Assembly: GCF_963921235.1 (NCBI RefSeq)
Contig: NC_086108.1
Coordinates: forward strand, 58,840,001 to 58,904,000
Direction of reading: 5' to 3'
DNA from: Mobula hypostoma
Taxonomy: Eukaryota
Length of the DNA: 64,000 bases
The notes under the pieces: model-generated
Database searches by the model: none
The model's input: the letters and a program-made list of their open reading frames with translations, nothing else
What the model was told of the DNA's origin: nothing
Part shown: positions 49,830 to 63,300 of the stretch, piece after piece
How the letters are laid out: the number at the start of each line of letters is the position of its first letter
Position numbering within the stretch: position 1 is the first letter of the stretch
Translations under genes and position numbers: made by a program

Positions 49830-52800
49830 GTGTGAGGGTTGAGACTGGGCTCAAGGAGCGGCGGTTGGTGGTGCTGGCCGTGAATGGTGTGGGGATGTTG
49901 GGAAATAGTGTAGGTTTGGGTAGGGGGGAGGATCTGGAAAAGGAACTGCAAATGGAGGGTTCAGGTGAGGGTGGATTGGTGGGAGGAGGTTGGAATGAAG
50001 TTGAATTCAGATCTGGAAAACAGAAAAAGAAACATAAGATTGGAACGATTTCAAGTGAAGGAGAGGAAGGGATGGATATTTTAAAAAAAGGAAAGAAGAC
50101 TTCAAGGTATTGTTTAAATTTGACCCAAAACTGTCACCCTCTATCAATCCCATTAAAATAACTACAGAGCTAAAGGCAGCCATAGGGAATATAGATTGTA
50201 CTTGTACTTTTAAAGGAGGGAAGGTGTTAATGTGTGTAAGGATAAAAGGCAGTGTGAGAAGGCATTACAACTGAAATGAACTGGGCAAAAAGATAGTATC
50301 TATTTTGTCTAATGACAATAGAGCTGTTAGGGGTGTTATAAGAGGTGTTCTGGTGGAGATTTTGATAGAAGAGGTTACATCTCATTTATTTGGAGGCAAA
50401 GTTAAGGAGGTTAAGAGATTGCAAGTAGTCAGAAATGGGGAAATGATGGATAGTTTATTTATATTGGTATGTTTTGATGAAGTGAAGCTCCCTGATAAAG
50501 TTAGTTTGGAGTGTGTTAGTTATAATGTTCGACCTTGTATTCCAGCCCCGCTTAGATGTTACAAATGTCAGAGGTTTGGGCATGTTGCGGCAGTATGTCA
50601 TGGGAAACTAAGATGTAGTAAGTTTGCTGAGGAATATAAATATAAAGATTGTGAAGGCGTAAAGTTTAATTGTAATTGTGGAGGAGAACATAGTGCAGCT
50701 TATAGTGGAAGTGCTTTAGAAGGCAGCTGAAGCTTAAAAGGTCAAAGTACAATTGGGTGTGTATTGTGCAGAGGCTGTGCAAGAAGTTAAACCAAACATT
50801 GATAAAATATCACCAGTCAGAGAAGAGACAGTGAAGTCAGAGGCTATATGTCAGCATCATATCATACTTCCCTTACTAAAGATACTTCGGTAGTTGATAA
50901 AATGAGGTTTGTGATGTTCATAACGGATGTGGTGAATTGTACTGCTCAAACATCTAGTCATACTGAGAAAATTAAAATTATTGTGAAAGCTGCTGAAAGG
51001 TATCTGGGTGTAACAGGTGTTATGTGGAAAGTTGTAAATGAAGCTCTGATGGGTGGGGTATCTGTATTTCAGTCTCCTTGTGAAGGTACATAATGAGCAT
51101 AAGAATATTGCAGTGGAATGCGAGAAGCCTAATTTCTAATGGTCAAGACTTTAAGAAGTTTGTTTCTAATTTATCAAATCCACCTGATGTTACAGATATT
51201 CAGGAAACCTGGTTGTTACCATATTGAAGTTTTTCTTTGCAAGATTATATTGTAATTAGGCATGGTAGAGGGGGGTGGTGTTGCAAGTTTTATAAGGAAA
51301 GGGATAGAACATAAATGTGGATGTAAATGAAGTATGTGAGGCATTTGTAATGGGAATATTTGATTCAACAACAGGTAGGGGTATTAAAGTGGTAAATTTT
51401 TATAATCCTTGTGGAAAGCTCTCAATTGATTTGCTGGAAAGCATGAAGCTCTAGCTCACTACGGATTGTATGGTGTGGGGATTTTAATACACATAGTTCA
51501 CTGTGGGGCTGTTCGCAGAATGATGGTAATGGTTTGAATGTAGAAAAATTCTTAGATATTTCACATCTTGCGTGTCTTAAGGATGGGAGGGACACGAGAT
51601 TCATTATTCATAATAGTTCTGGAACTGCTATCGATTTAACTTTAGTTTTGAACATTCTAGTGAGTGGGATGTCATGAGAGATGAAACATTGGGAAGTGAT
51701 CATTTTCCTATATTTATAATCTTGGGTTTGGATTTATATAGAGGACTGGAGGCCACTTGTAGGGGGTGAAATTTTGGTAAAGCAAATTGGAAGAAGTTTA
51801 AGACTTTATGTAATGAATACCTGGGCTGAATGTTGAGGATGATGTGGATTTCTGCAGTGAAAGGTTATGTCACGTTATTCATCAAACTGCGGTGGAAGTG
51901 ATTCCTATTAAAAAGGGCATTAATAGGAGAAAGGCTGTACATGATGGACTGAGGAGTGTGCAGAGGCAATTAGGGAGAGAAATAAGGTGTTCAGGAAAGT
52001 TAAGAAGTATCACTCTCCGAATGACCTTATTAAGTATAAAAGGGCACGGGCCATGGTGAGGAAGGTAGTGAAGGTTGCGGAAAAGGTTTACTGGAGGTCA
52101 TTTTGTGATAGTATTGGAAGGAATATTAAACTTGGAGATGTTTGGGGAATGATTTAAAAAAAAGGGGGGGTTAATTCATAGGCTAATAACATTTCAGTAT
52201 TAATTAAAGAAGGTAATATGATCCTTACTGAAACAGAGAAGGCTGAGTTTCTGGCTCGGTCATTTGCTGCAATTCATAATCAAGAAAATTTAAGTGAAGA
52301 GGCTAAACTTTGTAGGGATAAGGTTCTACATGAATACCCTGACATGTTGGAAGCTAGCTGTAGCAATGATAGTATTAGTGATGTAGAGTTTTCCATGTGT
52401 GAATTTATGAAAGCTATTAATAGTACAGGTCAGACAGCTCCAGGAAAGGATGATGTATGTTATTGTATGTTTAAACATACGGCTGACAACTCTCTTAAGA
52501 TAATAAAATTTCTGAATCATTTTTGGAACTTAGGCCATCTTCCCTCCTCATGGAAAATGGCAGTAGCAGTGCCTATTCTAAAACCCGGAAAAACCCCATT
52601 GGATCCTTATAGTTATAGACCAATGTCATTAACGTCCCATTTGTGTAAACTTATGGAACGTATGGTAATAGAACGGATTAATTATATTTTGGAAAAAAGA
52701 GGTGATATAGTGTTTTATAGGAGGGGATTTCAGAAGGGTAGAATGACAATGGATTCCGTTTCGTGTTTGGAAGCTGATATTAGGAAAGCACAGATAAATA

Positions 52801-54810
52801 AAGAAGTTGTAATAGCTGTATTTTTTGATGTAGAAAAAGCATATGATATGTTATGGAGGGAGGGTCTTTTGATTAAACTATGGAAATTAGGAATGAGAGG
52901 AAGGTTATATAATTCTTTTGAGTTTCTTATTTGGACAGTCTATGCAGGTAAGGGTAGGAAAGGTATATTCGGGCTTCTATGAGATAGAGAATGGGACCCC
53001 ACAAGGCAGTATTTGCAGCCCTTTATTGTTTGATATTATTTTTAATGATATTTTCTCTGAGATAGGCACTGGGGTGGGTGAATCACATTTTGTAGATGAT
53101 TGAGCTTTATGGATCAGAGGAAAAAACTCAATTTTCCTGTATATAAGATGCAATTAGCAATTAATAAGGTTGAACAGTGGGCAAATAGATGGAGTTTTAA
53201 GCTTTCAGTAGGCAAAACACAAATCATATGTTTTACAAAGAGGATCAATAGCCCTGCACTCAATTTGAAATTGTATAGTCAAACTCTTAAAGAAGTGTCA
53301 ATGGTAAGATTTCTTAGCATGTGGCTGGATAACAAGTCGACATGGAAGCACTTATCAGTCGGATGATTGACAAATGTAAAGGGGCATTAAATATCCTCGG
53401 GTGTCTATGTGGGTATTTTTGGGGTGCTACATGAAAATCTCTGTTGACTTTATAAATTTGATTAATTAGATTGGTACCTGATTATGGTTGTGTGGCTTAT
53501 GGATCAGCTTCATCTTCAAATTTAAAATGTTTGGATGTGATACAAGCTCAAGCTATAAGACTGTTGTGGTGCAGTAAGGTCATTTTCTGTTTCAGTTTTA
53601 CTGGTTGAAATGGGACAATTACCCTTACAGTTGCAGAGGATGAAGTTGTTAACATACTAGGTTAATTTGAGGGGGTAGAAGACTGATTACCCTATTAAAA
53701 GTGTGTTGGAAGACTGTTGAGTAAATCATAAGAAGAGTGTTTTTAGTTTTGAGTGGCTGGATTCTCATCATGCTAGGAATATGGGTTTGCTGGATTATGT
53801 CATTTGTCCCACTGTAGCTTTTTGATAACCTCACCATGGTTTTTTCCAATGGCTTTAGTTGATTTTAGGTTGTATGATTTAATAAAATCCAAGGATTCTG
53901 ATATGTTGGTTCATCAGTATGTTGAGGAGAATTATTGTGATATGTTAACCATTTTTACCGATGGATCAAAAGATAATTTAATGGGAAATGTCAGTGCAGT
54001 TTTTTTTTGTGCCTGAATTTTCAGGTAACAACAAAGAAATGTCTTACTAACTATTTATCAGAGTATACTGCAGAACCGGTTGGCTTCATTTTGGGCTTAC
54101 AGTAGGTGGAGGAAATCTGTTCTTGCAAAGTTATAATTTGTTCAGATTCTTTTTCGGTTTTGACTAGTCTTAAAATGGGTCATTCTAGCAGTAGGTCTGA
54201 TTTACTGCTGGAAGCTCTTCAAACTTTATTTCATAGTCCAAGTATTGGTTTACGTGTCCTCTTCTTATGGGTTCCTGCACATAGAGGTGTCGAGGGGAAT
54301 GAGTGGGTTGATTGTTTAGCCAAAAAAGCTGTTAAAAGTTCATCTGTGGATATAGACCTTCCACTTAGCAAATCAGAAGCTAAGGCGTTAGTGGGGCTAA
54401 GAATTGGGGGATTATGGCTAGACCTGTGGGATGATGGGCACAAGAAGATACACCTTTACAGAATACATAAAATTGCTGGATTGATGGGAGAAGGGGGTAA
54501 GATAAGAAGGAAAGGAATTATATTGACTAGACTTAGAATTGTGCATACTATGCTTAATTATTCCTTGTATCTTACTGGATAACATCACTCTGGGGTGTGT
54601 AGGTGTTGTCATCATTATGAAACAGTTGAACACACTCTTTTACAATGTGAAGCATACAAGGTTGAAAGAAAGCAAATGCAGGCTGCACCACTAGCTTTGG
54701 GGTTTGACAGTTTTCATTTAAAAACATTACTAAGTTGTAATTTAATTCACAATATTGTCTTTCATTGTTTAAAATCTATAGGGCTTTTTGGGGTAATTTA
54801 GTTTTAATTT
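49830..54810 (+). mobile_element. I-group (Nimb-like) LINE, near-complete coding region, decayed
   Basis: ORF1 with PAPLRCYKCQRFGHVAAVC..C.NCGGEHSAAY knuckles; ORF2 ILQWNARS, IQETW, GDFN.H, SDHFPI, APGKD, YRPMSLTS, FFDVEKAYD, GTPQGS, FVDD; RNase H TDGSK, ICSDS, WVPAH.GVEGNE.VD.LAK; C-terminal CxxC..ETVEH.LLQC. Confidence 0.92.
51093..54801 (+). pseudogene. LINE ORF2 (APE-RT-RNase H-CCHC) with multiple stops and frameshifts
   Basis: ATG at 51093 overlaps the ORF1 stop; collinear domain motifs in ORF fragments 52218, 52918, 53804, 54106, 54595. Confidence 0.88.
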
Positions 54811-55715
54811 GAGGATTAGCGAGGGAGGCCAGCAAGACACCTATGACAACTCTGGAGAAGTTGCAAGCTTCAGTGGCTGAGCTTGAAGAGACTGCATATT
54901 CAGCTGTTGCCCGGGTGCTTCACCAGTCACAGTTTTATGGGAGAGTGGCAAAGGGAAAGTCACTGTTGAAGAAAAAATTCCCATGAAATTTTGGCTTGTG
55001 GGAGATTGAAGGTTCTATGGTCTGATGAAACCAAAATTCAGCTTTTTGGCCATCAGACTAAATGCTATGTTCGGTGTAAGCCCAGCACCACAAATCATCA
55101 AAAAACGCAATCCCTACTGTGAAGCATGGTGGTGGTTGTATCATGCTTGAGCAGTTTTGTAAAGAGGAATGGGAAGAACTGCAGTGTCCAGATGTGCAAA
55201 GCTGATAGAGACCTATCCACACTGACTCAAGGTTGTAATTACTGCAAAAGGTGCATCTACTAAGTACTGACTTGGAGGGGGTGAGTAATTATGCAACCAA
55301 TTATTTTGTGTTTAATAATTGTAATACATTTAAACCAATTTGTAGAAATTTGTTTTCAGTTTGACATGAAAAAGTCTTTTCTGTTGATCAGTGTTAAAAA
55401 GGTCAAATTCAAACCACTGTGATTCACTGTTATAAAACAATAACACATGAAAACTTCCGTTGGGGAGGGGTGATTTTTTTATAGGCACTGTTAAATGGGG
55501 TTTTCCATCCCCTAGTACAAAGCAATTAAGTCAGCTCTAGAACTATAACCTGTACCTCAGAGACATTTCTTGGGGTCTTTTGACATTGGTATTGCAAGTG
55601 GACATTTTAAAACACAGCACTTTTGCCAACCTTTCTTATCATTGAAAAAATCAAATCGGTAGATATTTTATGTTACACATAAAATGACATTATTTGATAA
55701 CAATGACAAAAGAAG

Positions 55716-55721
55716 TTTAAT
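55716..55721 (-). terminator. Candidate poly(A) signal ATTAAA of a minus-strand transcript
   Basis: On the minus strand: several TGTA motifs just upstream, T/GT-rich tract downstream; sits at the edge of a TE-poor block. Confidence 0.35.
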
Positions 55722-56360
55722 GTACATGATTGGTACAAATACAGCAGAACCAAGGATATCACAGATTTCAATTACCATTAGAAACCGTTGAAGACAGGAA
55801 CATAATTGGCAATTTTCGCGAACAAAAACCGCTGAAGTTTTTTTCTTAAACATAAAATATACAAAATCTTTTCACCAACATAATGTACAGAGTACAGCTT
55901 TCAAAGAGTACATTTCACAAAGAATGCACGGCACCAGTCATCTGAAGAGTTTTGACCATACAAAAATATTCAATCGGAGCATGAAAAAAATGAATATTAC
56001 ACAGTGCAATAGTGCTGTAACCTCATATGCACGAGGCCACTCGATTTCTACACTATGACATGCTTTTAATGTCGTGCACAATCAAATGTAATACACTGTT
56101 GTAAGATTCTAAAGCACTCTCAGCTCATTCCTGTTTATGACCAGATTCACACTGGTGTCCCATTTTATTCAATGACAATGGCATATTACTCTGCACACAT
56201 TCTATAAACTGCAATCTCAGAAACATTTAACTGTAATTCTAAAATTCACTATACAACAAGAATTGCTGCAGTAACATAGCAAAACAGTGCAACCCTACAC
56301 TTGTCAAAATTGATTCAAACTGTACATCAATAGGGCATTTTACATTTATCAACATCACCT

Positions 56361-56731
56361 TACATTAAAGCAATAATGAAAGTATGTATTAATGAGATCT
56401 AAGGCAGAGCAGAATATAATGTATTTGTGTTGGTGTACTGGTATTCATAAGACAGCTGATCACGTTTGTTCTTTACCTGGTGATTTAGCAGATCTGCTGG
56501 TCCATTTGCCTTTGGACTTTGTTTACAGCCTCCCCTGATATTATATTAAAGCAATAATGAACTCCAAAAGTACGTACTAGTGGGTTCTAAGGCAGAGCAG
56601 AATATAATGTATTTGTGTTGGTGTACTGGTATTCATAAGACAGCGGATCCCATTTGCTCTTTACCTGTGGTTTTTAGCAGATCTGCTGCTCCATTTGCCT
56701 TTGGGCCTTTGTTTACTGCCTGCCCTGATAT
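56361..56731. repeat. Tandem duplication, 2 units (~181 and ~190 bp)
   Basis: Units 56361-56541 and 56542-56731 share an identical core tctaaggcagagcagaatataatgtatttgtgttggtgtactggtattcataagacagc. Confidence 0.92.
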
Positions 56732-59298
56732 GAAATGCTGATTAATCTAGGATCAATGCTGCTCCCTCTTTTACTCATGTACTCCAGCTGAAGAAGGTAA
56801 GTATCCATTTTAAGGGGGCAATGCTATCTCAGGTTTCATACAGCAAGCATCCTATTGAATTGGACCTATTAAATGAAATTGTATTAATCTTGCTTTCCTC
56901 CTGTGAATAAATTCCTGGCTGCTGTTGGGTATTGCCCAATGAAATATGATTTTAATCAGAAACCCACCATGTAAGGAATTGAGGGTAGATATTTGTAAAC
57001 CTTCATGGTGAATGGCAGGCAAGATATAGTTGAATTTGAGGCCCTCACCTAGATAGTAACACAGCGCTAGAGCTATTGTGTTAATTGAACTCAGACTTAC
57101 ACCTGAGGCTTAAAGTAAACTTAATTCCTATAAAACACAACTGTTGAGCACTGTAAGTAGTAAACTGCACAATACACCTCAAAGCAAACTTTTTTTTATC
57201 ATGACATCAAGATTTTTGTCTTGCCAACGATTACATGCCCTGAAGAAGGATCCTCAATGTAACTATTGAGCATTCTGCTTTCAAAAATTATAATTGTTCT
57301 CACTGAAATTTCAACCAGTAGAATAATCAGCTAAATCATAAAATTATGCTGTTAAAGTTTCAAAATCACAGTTTTGACCATAGTGTTTTCAGGCGGTGTA
57401 TTTTTTACCCCTCTGCTTTAACATGGTGAAACTAAAAGTTGTCCAACCATACAGTATAGTTGGCTTCTTATGTCGAAAATTAATCACCTTAAATTGCTTT
57501 CATCAATAAAACAGCTAATCTACTGATCTGTTATCATCAGTTCTTTTCAATTTTATGTCACACATCTTGAGGTTTTCTTTCCATGTTTGAAGGAACAAAA
57601 AGCAATAATTCAACTATATAATATTTTTCAGACTTTTAAAGACAACATCCTCATTACTGAGCCCTTTTGAAGTATTGGTAATAAAATAAATTCCAATTAC
57701 CATTTATTTTGTATAATATTCCATGATTTTATACTGTGGTTATCTAATTTGTTGATTTTGTTAATCACAATGAAATAATAATCTTGTTCTGCAAATCAAT
57801 GAGATATCAAACTGATCACTTACTGCAATACTAAAGAGCACAAGATGCAATGCATTAACCTATTACACTGCGGGTGCATACCCTGCAATGCTGCATTAAT
57901 GAAATCCTCTATTTTATCTTTGCTTACCACTGTTGTGCTGCACCAGTGAGTCAAAGCTTTGCACTGTGTGATCTTATTCATCTCAAGATCACACATTTTT
58001 TTTTGCTATTATTCTATTACTTGATTTCCCAAGTGCACTGTAGTTATAATCTCATTTTGAGATGTAAAGCCAGAGACTCACTCCATGTAATGAAGGCACA
58101 AAGCGATTCTCATGCAGAATTGTACAAAGTGGTGAGCGGTGATATATGCCACATACTTAGAGGAAACATTAAATGACAATTTATAGTTCTACAATTTTCC
58201 ACATTTCCAGTATCCTACTTGAGGCATGAGCTGTCCTGAAAGCTAACTCATAATGTCATTCAGTTTCCAATGCTCGGATACCAGCACTGGGTTCAAATAA
58301 AATTCTTCACCCACCAGTGTACAGTGGTAGACTGACTATTACACATGCTGTACATTCACATGTATGCACCTTACCAGCAGGGTCTGTAGATGGAAATTAA
58401 GAATGGGAACTTTGGCCACTTTTACTGAATTTATCAATGGACAATTGTATATCTGAAGTGCTACATTCTGAGGCCAACTAATGTAGAGCCAACTCAAAGG
58501 TAGGTTTGGTCTACAGATCTCTCTAACAAGTCACATGTATACTTTTTTAGTAAAGCAACTGTGGAACTGCATTTATGCTGAATACTTGAAAAAGATGTCA
58601 GTCAATTAAAATACGAAACACCCTGAGATTAGCTACCCCAGATACCAGGCTTACGACATGTCAGTGCCAATATGTTTTATATTTGAATGAATAAGTATGT
58701 ACATATTTTACAAACGTTGCTATTAATTGGAATAAATTATAGTGACAGTATCTTTCAAAGAAACTAAGGGTTATCTTCCATTCTTGTACTTCTTTCTGAT
58801 GCTGTCCTTGACCATTACCTTTGTCATTGGTGAAATGCTTTACATATACAGTCTCATTACCAACGTAATGTGGTTCACCGGTGCTCTCATACACACTCCA
58901 CTTATCATTGCTTGCCATATCAAGATGCTGAAATTGTACTGTACTTTCGTTCATTCGGAAAGCTTTATAAAAAAAATCAACCTAGATTACATCTGGCACA
59001 ATTTTCCTAGCTGCATATCCAGCTTCTGTACATCTTCATATCTGACTCATCGAATACATGCTTGGTACATTGGTCATTCCACAAGTAGTAATTCAGAAGC
59101 AAGATGAGCTAATGTATTTGAGCAATAGATTTTCATACCATTGCATATGGCATCTAAATCTTGATTACATTGGCATATGAACTTATGATTAGTTATTATT
59201 GTTGCCAATCTTTATCAAACAAGGAATTACTGCTAGTGTAGAGTTTGAGGAGAGAAGTAGTAATGGAAATATGGTGTATATTTTTGGGGGTGATGGGA

Positions 59299-59648
59299 AT
59301 AGAGTCATAGAGCAGTACAACACAGAAGCAGGCCCTTCAGCCCATCTGGTCCATGCCAGCCTAGTGCTGCCTAGACCCATCTAGCTGTACATGGACCATA
59401 GTCTTCCATATCTCTCTCATCCATGTACCAATTCAAGCTTCTCTGAAATTTTACGTTTGAACTTCCACCTATCACTTACACTGGTAGCTCATTCCACATT
59501 CACACCACTTAAGTGAGCAAGCTCCCCATCAGATTCTCTGTAAATATGTCACCTTTCACCCTAAACCTAAACCTATGATCTCTAGTTTTAGTTTTTCCTG
59601 AGAGAAAAAAGGCTGCAAGCATTCACCCTATCTATACATCTCATAACA
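59299..59648 (-). mobile_element. CR1 3' end fragment
   Basis: atagagtcatagag tail; caggcccttcagccc stem; ctttcaccctaaacct motif. Confidence 0.8.
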
Positions 59649-59869
59649 CTAGATATTTAACAGTCTTCATCATTCCTAATTGTTAATCTTCATTGTTGGT
59701 GAGCAGTAATTCACACCATTCACTAAGAGGGAGAAGTGCATATATTTCCAGGTGTAATCTAATTTAAACTATTTTGAGCTGAAATATGCCCAGTGTAAAG
59801 GAAGATATTGTGGTCAATCAGTCAAACCTGTGATTTCATTTTGGGAGCTCTCAGGGCTTGCTCTTAAAG

Positions 59870-60330
59870 CATTCTTCAGCTGCATCATCAATGACCTTCC
59901 CAATATAAAGACAATAAAAGTCAGAAGAGCAGTTAATTATCCAGTACCTAAACAATACCCTGGGTGGTCCCCATTCACTTAACTGAAAAAGCTATACAAA
60001 GGTTATGGCCAATAGAGCAGGTGAAAGGTAGGTATTCTGAAATGAGTCATTCATCTCCTGACTCCTCAAAACCTTTCCACCAACCACAAATGAAGAATAT
60101 GATGAAGTACTCACTCCTAGATGAGAGTAGTTTCAGTAACACCCAAGACGCGTTAATTCTAATCAGGACGAAGCAGCTCATCTGGTGAACACACTATGAT
60201 TTACAAGCCTATTGGTGAATCTTCACAACAGAGTGCAGAGGATCAAAGAGGCAACATTCCACCACCTTCTGAAAGGCCAGCTGATGGACAGGCATTACAT
60301 GTTGGTCTGGCTAGTGATACCCACATCACA
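59870..60330 (+). mobile_element. Ancient CR1/L2-group remnant
   Basis: ttcagctgcatcatcaatgacct (F.C.INDL-like); similarity in style to 6450-6950. Confidence 0.3.
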
Positions 60331-63300
60331 TAAATTAATTTAAAGTAAGATTTTGCCGCAGCTCTGGGAAAATTAGAGTGCAGAAACTATGGTAGTTGTC
60401 GTCATGAACTAAATTAATTTCAATCTGCAAGACTCCAGGAGCAGCAGTTGAACAGTACAATGAGCAGATATTGAGGATTATTCTCTGGCATTTCTTTTTA
60501 AAGCACTTGATAACACCAATCCAGCCTAACACAATCTTGCTCAGTTGTGTTCTAGCCGTGCTCTGAGCAGGAGGGAAAAGAAGTACAGATACTTTCTTTG
60601 GGAAAGACCTCTAAACCATTTCCCTAAAGGCACACAGTATAGTCTCACATTCCTGGGTTTGGCCTTCATGAACCAGACATCAATATTATCAAGGCAGATG
60701 GGAGCACAGCTCTAGCATGGAGTCCCAGCCGAACTTGTTTAGGATGGTTCATTAATGAGAAATAAAAACACTTACCGTGCGTTGCATGTCACTGCACTCT
60801 CCCTTCATTGCCTCCCCACTATTAAAGCAACACTCCAAAACACTCATATGTTAAACTTGGATTAGTGATGCCTGCAACTTCACTAACACTTTTCCATTCT
60901 TAAAAGCACGCGAATCCAACATTTTGTTCTACACTTCCCTGAGGCAGTTGACACACAGTGCATATAGCCACAGACACATACACGCACAGCCTTTAACAGA
61001 AAGTCATACTCATGTTCCACCATCTTAACTTGCAATTAAATGTTTTCTTTGGAAAATTCTGGCCACTCATTATTTAAGTTCCTCATGGCGATGGTGAAAT
61101 GGACTTTATGGAAATATAGTCTCCCTACACTAATTCTATTATTGCTACATGCACACTAATATGTTAATAAGGCAAATTCACTATCCTTTAGAAAGTTGTG
61201 CCTGTATTCCTTTGTAACATGGGATTCTTCAGTACAGTGAAAGTGGGCATTTATCACTTAACATTTCATTGATGCTGAACTTGTGGTTTCCTGGATCTCA
61301 CTCATGCAAGAATGTCTATTCCTGTCACTTTAATTGCCTTTAGTACATAGCTTTGATAGGGGAGTTTTTTGAGATGAAGTTGGCAGAAATGTCCAGTGTT
61401 ACCTTAGAGAAGGGCAGGATTTGCAGAGGATAGCCGAAGCCCAAGTGCAATTGCACCGTGAGGTTCACAGAGGAGCGACAGAGTCTGCAAACAAGTTGAT
61501 GAGGGCCATTGCTAGTGAGCTGCACTTGATCACATTGTATGATTCACCTGACCTGATCACTCTGTTCCAAAAGTTCTTCTTCCTTCAGGATGCCATAGTA
61601 CTATATAGCAAAGCCAAAGCGAGCATAAATAATCCAAATATGGATTTAGGAAAAATCAGTATGTTAAAAAGTGTTTTTCTTGAGAGTAGAATGTGCCAAT
61701 ATAATGAGGAGTAGGTGTCAGGGGTTAAGCTGTATTTTCTGTATTAATGCAGACCCAGTTTCTTTAAACTAGCCTGATGATTAAGACTTTGATCTTCTCT
61801 ATGTCTTTACCTTTTTTTTCTGCTTGTTTGCCTTAACATGCTTCCTAACGTAAGCCACTCACAACTACCCTTGGCTTAACCCATGACTTGTATGGAGCTA
61901 TTATTATTTTGGCCACACTTGGAACAACAGCAGTAATGATACAAATAGACCATTAAACTCAGTCTATGTCAAATATTGTTGGTTCATTAAGATCTTGACA
62001 GGATAAAATTTCAAAGCAATCCTTTATGCATATTTTAATGATATTACTCATTAAAATATTTAGTATTTAAAGCATTGTAAATAATTGAATATTGGTGATG
62101 TAAATCCTTTAAACCATATTTTGTATATAAATTCACTCTCATTAACAGTGAATTGTTAATTTATGGAAAGAAAAGTCTGACCAAGTTTATTCAATGAAAA
62201 GCTAATGAAAAGCTTGGTACTTTTTTTTAATGCAATTCAACTTCTGTATGGATTGAATTTCTTTTCTAACCAGTGCTTGCATATGGCCCTATTTACAGGA
62301 GGAGAGTCGGAGAGTGGGAATGGCGCAAGGCTTTCCACAAATTCACCCTGAAATCCCCACGGATAAGGTAATTTTCATAAAACTACCTGAAACTTTGGGT
62401 CTAATTTGGTGCATTTGCAGATATGAATATCTTCAAAATAAGTGTTTGACCCTGTGTTTAGGAGTGTCAGATGGGACCTATAAATAAACAATTATCACCA
62501 AAATGTTTTCAAAGAAAGGCAGTAATAGGACAGCACTTCTTTCTTTGCATTCAATTAGCAGAATGTAGTGGACAATTATGTTGCAACGTCTCACCAGCAC
62601 AGTTCTAATTTTAAATTCTGAGTGGGTAGAAAAGAGATTTGGAAACAAATACACTGCTCAAACACTGGAAATGATCAATTAGTTTTATGATATGGCTTCA
62701 TTTAAATCCTGTTGCAATGAATTTCTATTAGGTACAAGGGTTGGTGAGGAGGAGAAGGGAAAAAGTAACTACATATCCCAGAAACCACCGACATTATCTT
62801 GTGTTGACTTCTGGGACGGCCCTGGAGTTGGGAAAGAACTGATAATATCTGTTCCAAGGAAAGCTTAGTTTTATTTATTCAGCCTGTATTAATACATTGG
62901 CAGCAAGCGAATGCAAAAGCCAAATAGCTATTAATTAAAATGGCTGTCTACACTGGTGGTCTAATAGTTTCATGCATGCATTCATAAAGAAGCATGCCAG
63001 GTGTTTCCAAGGTGCATGCCAGATGTCCTTGCTATCTGTTTAGTGCAGCAGGACAAAATTCAAAACACTCAGCTACTGGTAGTGTTTTGGTAAGTAAGTG
63101 ACATGGCCAAGGTTATTTGTCCACATACTTATGTGCGTTAAAATAAATTCAACCTAATCTTAAATCTAGGATTGTCCAACACACTTATTCAATGGTATTT
63201 GCAAATTACAGCAAAACACCATGTTAAATATGAGAAATATAACCATGCTGGAGGTTGAAAACACAAGATAACTTATGCCACGCTACCAATGACTGAACTA

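Larger units (their letters stand above)
49463..55490 (+). mobile_element. Tc1-like DNA transposon with long IR-DR type TIRs and deleted transposase
   Basis: TA|CAGTGTCTATAAAA...TTTTATAGGCACTG; ~220-bp imperfect TIRs (~49463-49690, ~55270-55490); transposase remnants LAREASKTPMTTLEKLQAS, VLWSDETKIQLFG, PTVKHGGGCIM, LEQFCKEEW, AKGASTKY* at ~54812-55270. Confidence 0.92.

Noticed and set aside
58661..59107. Hydrophobic 121-aa ORF as a membrane protein
   Set aside because: Non-ATG start, AT-rich composition explains hydrophobicity, no recognisable family.
61421..61714. 97-aa ORF as a host exon
   Set aside because: No recognisable homology or convincing splice context.
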